A stretch of DNA of 64,000 nt, taken from positions 354,372 through 418,371 of the forward strand of contig JALFUR010000004.1 in the NCBI GenBank assembly GCA_022784465.1. Direction: 5' to 3'. Made by a program: the position numbers and the translations under genes. Each line of letters opens with the position of its first letter. The first letter of the stretch is position 1. Source of the DNA: Christensenella sp. Lineage in GTDB: Bacteria; Bacillota; Clostridia; Christensenellales; UBA3700. The notes beneath the pieces are model-generated. The model did not search any database and was not told where the DNA came from. It saw only the letters and a program-made list of their open reading frames with translations. Positions 58,545-64,000 of this stretch are shown here, piece by piece.

Positions 58545-60485
58545 TTATTCTAATTCAAAAGCTCCTGTATATAATTGATAGTATTTTCCTTTCTTTTCAA
58601 TTAATTCTTCATGGCTTCCTCTTTCTATAATTCTACCATTTTCAAGAACCATAATAACATCGGCATTTTGTACAGTAGATAGTCTATGAGCTATAACAAA
58701 TACTGTCTTGCCTTTCATTAATTGATCAGTACCCTTTTGAACTAAAGCTTCAGTTCTTGTATCTATTGAGGATGTTGCTTCATCCATGATCATAACTGGT
58801 GCATTTGAAACAGCAGCTCTAGCAATGGATATAAGTTGTCTTTGTCCTTGAGATAGATTTGCTCCATCTGCAGTTAGCATTGTGTCATATCCATTTGGCA
58901 ATCTTGTTATAAAATCATGTGCATTTGCTATTTTTGCAGCTTCTATAACATCCTCATCTGTTGCGTCTAATCTACCATAACGAATATTGTCTTTAACTGT
59001 ACCTGTAAACAAATTTGTGTCTTGTAAAACAATACCTAAAGATCTTCTTAAATCCGCTTTTCTTATCTTATTGATATTGATATCGTCATATCTGATCTTT
59101 CCATCGGCAATATCGTAGAATCTATTAATTAGGTTTGTTATTGTAGTTTTACCTGCACCTGTTGCACCTACAAAGGCAACTTTTTGACCAGGCATTGCAT
59201 ATAAAGTAACATCATGTAAAACTATCTTTTCTGGATTATATCCAAAATCCACTTCATGCATTTCAATTTTTCCTTGAAGTTTCGTATAAGTAATAGTTCC
59301 ATCAGCTTGATGTGGATGTTTCCAAGCCCACATTCCTGTTCTTTCTTCTGTTTCAATTATATTGCCTTTATCGTCATATTTAGCATTTACTAATGTAACA
59401 TAACCATCGTCATGTTCTGGAACTTGATCCATTAATTCAAATACTCTGTTTGCACCTGCAAGACCCATAACAATTGAGTTTACTTGGCTAGCAGTTTGTC
59501 CAACATTGTTTGTAAATCCTTTTCCAAGTCCTAAGAACGCAACAACAGTACCTATTGTTAATTGATGAACGCCAATTATAGAAACATTTTTAACATTCAA
59601 TACCATTAATACAGCACCAACAACGGCAAGCATTACGTAAATTAAATTACCTAAATTTCCCATCATTGGCATTAAAATATTCGCATATTTATGAGCGTTT
59701 GTAGCATCATGGAATAATTCGTCATTAACTTTATTAAAATCTTCATGCGCTTCTTCTTCATGGCAGAATACTTTAATAACTTTTTGACCATTCATCATTT
59801 CTTCAATAAAGGCCTCTGTCTTAGCTATTGATCTTTGTTGTCTCATAAAGTATTTTGCACTTCCACCACCTATTTTTGTAGTGATAAAATACATAGCAAC
59901 AATGCCAACTATAATAACTAGTGTTAACCAGAAACTAAAATATAACATTATGCAGAACATTCCAATCAAAGTTAATACTGAACTAAATATTTGAGGAATT
60001 GATTGAGAAATCAATTGTCTTATAGCATCAACGTCATTTGTATAATAACTCATGATATCTCCATTAGAATTATTATCAAAATAACTAATTGGTAAAGACT
60101 GCATTTTATTAAACATATTTTGTCTTAGGTGGTTCAAATATCCTTGTGTAACAATTGCCATTATTCTATTAAATGTAAAGCTTGATGCAACGCCAATTAA
60201 ATATACGCAAATCATCAAAATCATAATTTTTGAAAGTTCTGGCCAAATATGATTAAATCCTTCAAGATTTGTCATTCCGTTATCTACCATACTTTGCAAA
60301 GTAGGGGTTAATAGCGAATCGACAATTCTTTGTAAAAATAAAGAACCACACATTAAAGCAATTGAACTAAATACTATACAAATTGCTACTAAAATAAGTT
60401 CCCATTTATAGTATCCAAAAAGAGATTTTAGTAATCTTTTCATAGTATTGCTTTTAGTTTGTTTAACTTTATTAGAATTAGTCAT
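58545..60485 (-). CDS. ABC exporter, fused permease/ATPase (heterodimer partner 2)
   Basis: 6-TM domain, Walker A GATGAGKTT, signature LSQGQRQ and Walker B IMDEATS. An ~60-aa insertion lies before the NBD. Confidence 0.85.
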   Translation of the reverse strand: MTNSNKVKQTKSNTMKRLLKSLFGYYKWELILVAICIVFSSIALMCGSLFLQRIVDSLLTPTLQSMVDNGMTNLEGFNHIWPELSKIMILMICVYLIGVASSFTFNRIMAIVTQGYLNHLRQNMFNKMQSLPISYFDNNSNGDIMSYYTNDVDAIRQLISQSIPQIFSSVLTLIGMFCIMLYFSFWLTLVIIVGIVAMYFITTKIGGGSAKYFMRQQRSIAKTEAFIEEMMNGQKVIKVFCHEEEAHEDFNKVNDELFHDATNAHKYANILMPMMGNLGNLIYVMLAVVGAVLMVLNVKNVSIIGVHQLTIGTVVAFLGLGKGFTNNVGQTASQVNSIVMGLAGANRVFELMDQVPEHDDGYVTLVNAKYDDKGNIIETEERTGMWAWKHPHQADGTITYTKLQGKIEMHEVDFGYNPEKIVLHDVTLYAMPGQKVAFVGATGAGKTTITNLINRFYDIADGKIRYDDININKIRKADLRRSLGIVLQDTNLFTGTVKDNIRYGRLDATDEDVIEAAKIANAHDFITRLPNGYDTMLTADGANLSQGQRQLISIARAAVSNAPVMIMDEATSSIDTRTEALVQKGTDQLMKGKTVFVIAHRLSTVQNADVIMVLENGRIIERGSHEELIEKKGKYYQLYTGAFELE

Positions 60486-62289
60486 TACTATTACCTCCTT
60501 TTGTTATTTTATTTTGAGAATAATATACATCTTGATATATCTCATTTCTCTTAATCAATTCTTCATGTGTTCCGCAATCGGCAATCTCGCCGTTATTCAT
60601 AACTACGATTTTATCTGCATCTTGGATGGAAGCTATTCTTTGAGCAATTATAATTTTAGTTGTATCAGGAATCTCTTCTTTTAGAGCTTTTCTTATCAAT
60701 GCGTCAGTCTTTGTATCTACTGCGCTTGTTGAGTCATCTAAAATCAAGATCTTTGGCTTTTTAAGCAAAGCTCTTGCTATACATAGTCTTTGCTTTTGTC
60801 CTCCTGAAAAGTTTGCTCCTCCTTGTTCAACTACATGATCATATTTATCTGGATATGTTTCAATAAACGAATCAGCTTGAGCAAGTTTTGCAGCTTTTTG
60901 AATTTCTTCATCAGTTGCATCTTTATTACCCCACAATAAATTTGATTTAATAGTTCCACTAAATAGGATATTCTTTTGAAGAACAACAGATACTTGATTT
61001 CTCAAAACTTCCATATCGTATTTTTTTACATTTTCGCCGCCTACGATAACTTCTCCCTCTGTTACATCATATAGACGTGATATTAAATTTACTAAAGAAG
61101 ATTTAGCGCTTCCTGTTCCTCCAATAATACCTATTGTTTCACCAGATTTTATACTCAAATTGATATTTGTTAAAGCATTTTTTTCCGCTTTTTCAGAATA
61201 TTTAAACGATACATTTTTAAACTCTATAGAACCATCTTTAACATCCATAATAGGATTTTCAGGATTCTTTAATGTGCTTTCCTCATCAAGAACTTCTGCA
61301 CATCTTTTTATACAAGCTGAAGACATAGTTATCATAACCATAATCATAGCAAGCATCATCATATTCATAAGCATTTGCATTGTATATTGGAACAAAGATG
61401 ATAATTGTCCTGTTGACAATTCTCCCCAAGCAAATGTATAAACACCATTTTCAAATACGGAGCCAGGAACATTTAATGTTTTTACAATAATTACTGATCC
61501 TAAAATAGTTATAATCGTCATTGCTGAAAAAACTGCAAATTGCATTGCTGGCATAGATAATGCTATTATCTTTTCCGCTTTTACGAAATCCCATCTAACA
61601 TCATTAGAAGCTTTAGCAAACTTTTTCTTTTCGTAGTCTTCTCTTACATAAGATTTTACAACACGCATTCCCTTAACATTTTCTTGGACTGATTCATTTA
61701 ACGCATCATATTTTTTAAACACCCTATCAAATATTGGGAATACATATAATACTCCTCCAATCAAGAACGCACCAAGCAATGGAACTATAACGAGTAAAAC
61801 AAGACCTATCTTCCAGTTTATAGAAAATACCATTATCATTGAGAATATAAGCATAAATGGAGCTCTAACAGCATTTCTAATAATCATCATATAAGCCATT
61901 TGAATATTAGTAATATCTGTAGTTAATCTTGTTACTAAACTTGATGTTGAAAATTTATCAATGTTAGCAAACGAAAACATTTGAACTTTATTAAAAATAT
62001 CTTCTCTAAGGTTTTTAGCAAAACCAGCTGAACCACGAGCAGCATAAATACCAGATAATGTTCCGCATGCAAAAGAAGCAAGCGCCATTGTAATCATGAC
62101 AACACCATAAATTATCAAGTTTCTAAAGCCTGATGTTTGAACAACATACATCTCGTCAATAAGTTTTGCCATAACAAGAGGTAAAAAACATTCAAATACA
62201 ACTTCAAGCGCAACAAAAAGTGGTGCCAAAAATGCATCTAATTTGAACTGTCTAACACTCTTTAATATCTTTTTTATATTATGTTTCAT
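60478..62289 (-). CDS. ABC exporter, fused permease/ATPase (heterodimer partner 1)
   Basis: 6-TM domain, Walker A GGTGSAKSS, signature FSGGQKQ and Walker B ILDDSTS. It overlaps the downstream partner by 8 nt. Confidence 0.85.
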   Translation of the reverse strand: MKHNIKKILKSVRQFKLDAFLAPLFVALEVVFECFLPLVMAKLIDEMYVVQTSGFRNLIIYGVVMITMALASFACGTLSGIYAARGSAGFAKNLREDIFNKVQMFSFANIDKFSTSSLVTRLTTDITNIQMAYMMIIRNAVRAPFMLIFSMIMVFSINWKIGLVLLVIVPLLGAFLIGGVLYVFPIFDRVFKKYDALNESVQENVKGMRVVKSYVREDYEKKKFAKASNDVRWDFVKAEKIIALSMPAMQFAVFSAMTIITILGSVIIVKTLNVPGSVFENGVYTFAWGELSTGQLSSLFQYTMQMLMNMMMLAMIMVMITMSSACIKRCAEVLDEESTLKNPENPIMDVKDGSIEFKNVSFKYSEKAEKNALTNINLSIKSGETIGIIGGTGSAKSSLVNLISRLYDVTEGEVIVGGENVKKYDMEVLRNQVSVVLQKNILFSGTIKSNLLWGNKDATDEEIQKAAKLAQADSFIETYPDKYDHVVEQGGANFSGGQKQRLCIARALLKKPKILILDDSTSAVDTKTDALIRKALKEEIPDTTKIIIAQRIASIQDADKIVVMNNGEIADCGTHEELIKRNEIYQDVYYSQNKITKGGNSND

Positions 62290-62770
62290 CTATTTCACCT
62301 AAATTCTTTTTCACTTTATCTAACAATCTATATAATTCTACCTTCTCTTCTTCAGAAAAATCTTTCATCATTAAATCATTAGCAAACTTTATATTTTGAT
62401 AAATCATTATATGCTCTTTTTTTGCATGTTCAGTCAAAACAATCTTTTTTAATCTTGCATCATGATTTACAGATTCTTTTTTAATAAGATTATTCTTTTC
62501 CATTAATTTAAGAATCTCTGTTGCTGTTGACCTACGTATCATAAAATGTTTTTCTAAGTCTTTTTGAAAAACATCTTCATCATTTGCTTCTTTATCAAAG
62601 ATGTATCCAATAAATAGTCCTTGCATTGGCGTTGGCTTTTTCTTATCCTTGTTATTCTCAGGATCAAATGGAATTGGCAATCCCTTTTCCTTTCCATTAA
62701 CTGTCATAGCCCTCGTAACTAAATTAGATATCAATCTCAATTCTTTCATCAGCGGTATATTATATTTCAT
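62279..62770 (-). CDS. MarR family transcriptional regulator
   Basis: 163 aa with a winged-HTH core (RRSTATEILKLMEKNNLIKKE..DARLKKIVLT). It is the first gene of the ABC exporter operon. Confidence 0.75.
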   Translation of the reverse strand: MKYNIPLMKELRLISNLVTRAMTVNGKEKGLPIPFDPENNKDKKKPTPMQGLFIGYIFDKEANDEDVFQKDLEKHFMIRRSTATEILKLMEKNNLIKKESVNHDARLKKIVLTEHAKKEHIMIYQNIKFANDLMMKDFSEEEKVELYRLLDKVKKNLGEIDET

Positions 62771-62787
62771 TCTTACCTCTTATTTTT

Positions 62788-62821
62788 GTTAGTACGCTAA
62801 CATTATAGTTAGCCCCCTAAC
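62788..62821. promoter_or_regulatory. Two 14-bp palindromes, GTTAG-N4-CTAAC (candidate MarR operators)
   Basis: GTTAGTACGCTAAC at 62788..62801 and GTTAGCCCCCTAAC at 62808..62821, centres 20 bp apart. They flank and overlap the -10 of the marR promoter. Confidence 0.6.
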
Positions 62822-62831
62822 ATTAAGTCAA
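62802..62831 (-). promoter_or_regulatory. Candidate sigma-A promoter of the marR-ABC operon
   Basis: Minus strand reads TTGACT-18 nt-TATAAT. One palindrome fills the spacer and the other lies just downstream of the -10. Confidence 0.6.
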
Positions 62832-62846
62832 GAGAAATAAAAAATA

Positions 62847-62875
62847 TTGATAAAAATTATATAATATTCTACAAT
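62847..62875 (+). promoter_or_regulatory. Candidate sigma-A promoter for the MscS-family gene
   Basis: TTGATA-17 nt-TACAAT, about 30 nt upstream of the AAAGGAG RBS. Confidence 0.5.
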
Positions 62876-62908
62876 GGTTTTGAAATACTATAAAGGAGAA
62901 AAAAAATA

Positions 62909-63721
62909 ATGGATTGGAAAACATTATTGGAAAACATTGGTAATTGGATTACCACTGAAGGTTTAAAAGTAGTTATATCAATCATAATTTTGTATATTGC
63001 ATGCAAAATTGTTGATTTTATAGCCAAAAAAGTTGATAAAAAACTTGAATCACGTCATATGGATGAAACTTTAAGAAAAGTACTTGTTCCAACAGTAAAA
63101 AGAGTAATTAAAGTTCTTCTATTTGTATGCGTTATTGGATATCTTGGATTTGAAACATCTTCAATATCTGCAGCTATCTTATCTATTGGTGCTACAATAG
63201 GTCTTGCTCTACAAGGTTCTTTATCTAACTTTGCTGGTGGTATTTTAATCATTACATTAAGACCATATAAAATTGGTGATTATATTGTAGTTGATGGCGT
63301 AGAAGGAACTGTAACAGAAGTTGCCCTATTCTATACTTATTTAGCTACTCCAGATAATAAAGTTATTATAATCCCTAACTCAAAAGCTTCTAGCTCAAAT
63401 GTTGTTAATGTTTCTAAAAACCCAACAAGAAGAGAAGATATGAAATTCACTATTTCATATAATCAAGATTTTGAAAAAGCAAAAGAAGTAATTATGGAAG
63501 TTATCAATAAATGCGACTGCATCTTAGCCGATCCAGCACCTTTTGTTAACGTTTCTGAACATGGAGACAGCGCAATTGTTATATTAGCTAGATGGTGGAC
63601 AAAGAGCGAAGATTACTGGACTGCTCATTGGTATATGCTTGAAGAAGTTAAAAAAGCATTTGATGCAAACAACATCGAAATACCTTATCCACAAATGGAT
63701 GTTCACATGAAAAATAACTAA
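62909..63721 (+). CDS. Small-conductance mechanosensitive channel (MscS family)
   Basis: 3 TM helices, then LRPYKIGDYIVVDGVEGTVTEVALFYTYLATPDNKVIIIPNS, the MscS beta domain. Confidence 0.85.
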   Translation: MDWKTLLENIGNWITTEGLKVVISIIILYIACKIVDFIAKKVDKKLESRHMDETLRKVLVPTVKRVIKVLLFVCVIGYLGFETSSISAAILSIGATIGLALQGSLSNFAGGILIITLRPYKIGDYIVVDGVEGTVTEVALFYTYLATPDNKVIIIPNSKASSSNVVNVSKNPTRREDMKFTISYNQDFEKAKEVIMEVINKCDCILADPAPFVNVSEHGDSAIVILARWWTKSEDYWTAHWYMLEEVKKAFDANNIEIPYPQMDVHMKNN

Positions 63722-63741
63722 TTATTTTTTGTAATTAAATT

Positions 63742-63775
63742 GCCCCGGCTTAATGACAAGTCGGGGCTTTTTTTT
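63742..63775 (+). terminator. Intrinsic terminator after the MscS gene
   Basis: GCCCCGGCTT-loop-AAGTCGGGGC followed by T8. Confidence 0.8.
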
Positions 63776-63783
63776 GAATTGTT

Positions 63784-64000
63784 TTATGCAAATAATCTAA
63801 TTAATTGTTGTCTAAGTTCTAAAGGTCCTTTATTGTTTAATACTATGTAAGTTGCCATCTTTTCGTATTCTTCATTGCTAGTTTGGGATGCAATAATTTT
63901 TTTGACATATTCTTTTGAATATCCACTTCTTGCCATTACCCTTTGTATTCTAAATTTTACATCTGAAGAGACAAACAAGATTTTATCTAAATAATTTTTC
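63784..64000 (-). CDS. coaE: Dephospho-CoA kinase, C-terminal part (gene continues past the right edge)
   Basis: The frame is open to the window edge (..KNYLDKILFVSSDVKFRIQRVMARSGYSKEYVKKIIASQTSNEEYEKMATYIVLNN). This matches the CoaE C-terminal pattern (R...R....e....i..Q....e....AD.vi.N). Confidence 0.6.
   Translation of the reverse strand, partial: KNYLDKILFVSSDVKFRIQRVMARSGYSKEYVKKIIASQTSNEEYEKMATYIVLNNKGPLELRQQLIRLFA

Overview
This is an AT-rich (about 30% GC by eye, not computed) chromosomal core segment of a low-GC Bacillota genome. It is most likely a Clostridia-class anaerobe, judging from a SCIFF peptide plus maturase pair, YtfI/YtfJ-like genes, a HemZ-type radical SAM and a Na+-pumping biotin decarboxylase. 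I call about 62 protein genes, all but two (19145..19747 and 62909..63721) on the minus strand, packed with many 1-4 nt stop/start overlaps. Content is mostly housekeeping:
- Chromosome and DNA: scpAB, ftsK, recA, recJ, ruvABC.
- RNA and translation: rny, pnp-rpsO, relA, dtd, queA-tgt, infC-rpmI-rplT, thrS.
- Secretion: secDF, yajC.
- Biosynthesis: lysA, ilvBN, pgsA, proA.
- Export: a MarR plus two-ABC exporter operon.

I found no rRNA, tRNA, CRISPR, transposase, integrase or recognisable defence genes.

Regulatory RNA and DNA readable directly from the sequence:
- a Thr T-box upstream of thrS;
- an L20-type leader/attenuator, with an ATT start for infC;
- a Val/Leu-rich leader peptide plus terminator upstream of ilvBN;
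- twin GTTAG-N4-CTAAC palindromes over the marR promoter;
- several clear intrinsic terminators.

The best candidate for something undescribed is a translationally coupled four-gene operon (14892..17334). It encodes a YdjI-like SPFH protein with two zinc ribbons, then two small all-helical proteins sharing an MCF(F/R)(K/R)RK N-terminus, then a zinc-ribbon membrane protein. The larger helical protein reads like an ESCRT-III/PspA-type protein. Other oddities:
- PgsA fused to an FtsK-gamma-like winged helix that is paralogous to the neighbouring FtsK C-terminus;
- a Na+ decarboxylase operon carrying both 12S-type and 5S-type carboxyltransferases;
- a signal-less BspA-type LRR gene wedged between thrS and infC, preceded by 32-bp tandem repeats carrying TGTAA-N4-TTACA palindromes;
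- an unlisted 58-aa SCIFF precursor ORF.

All family assignments come from motif and architecture recognition by eye. No searches or folding were run.
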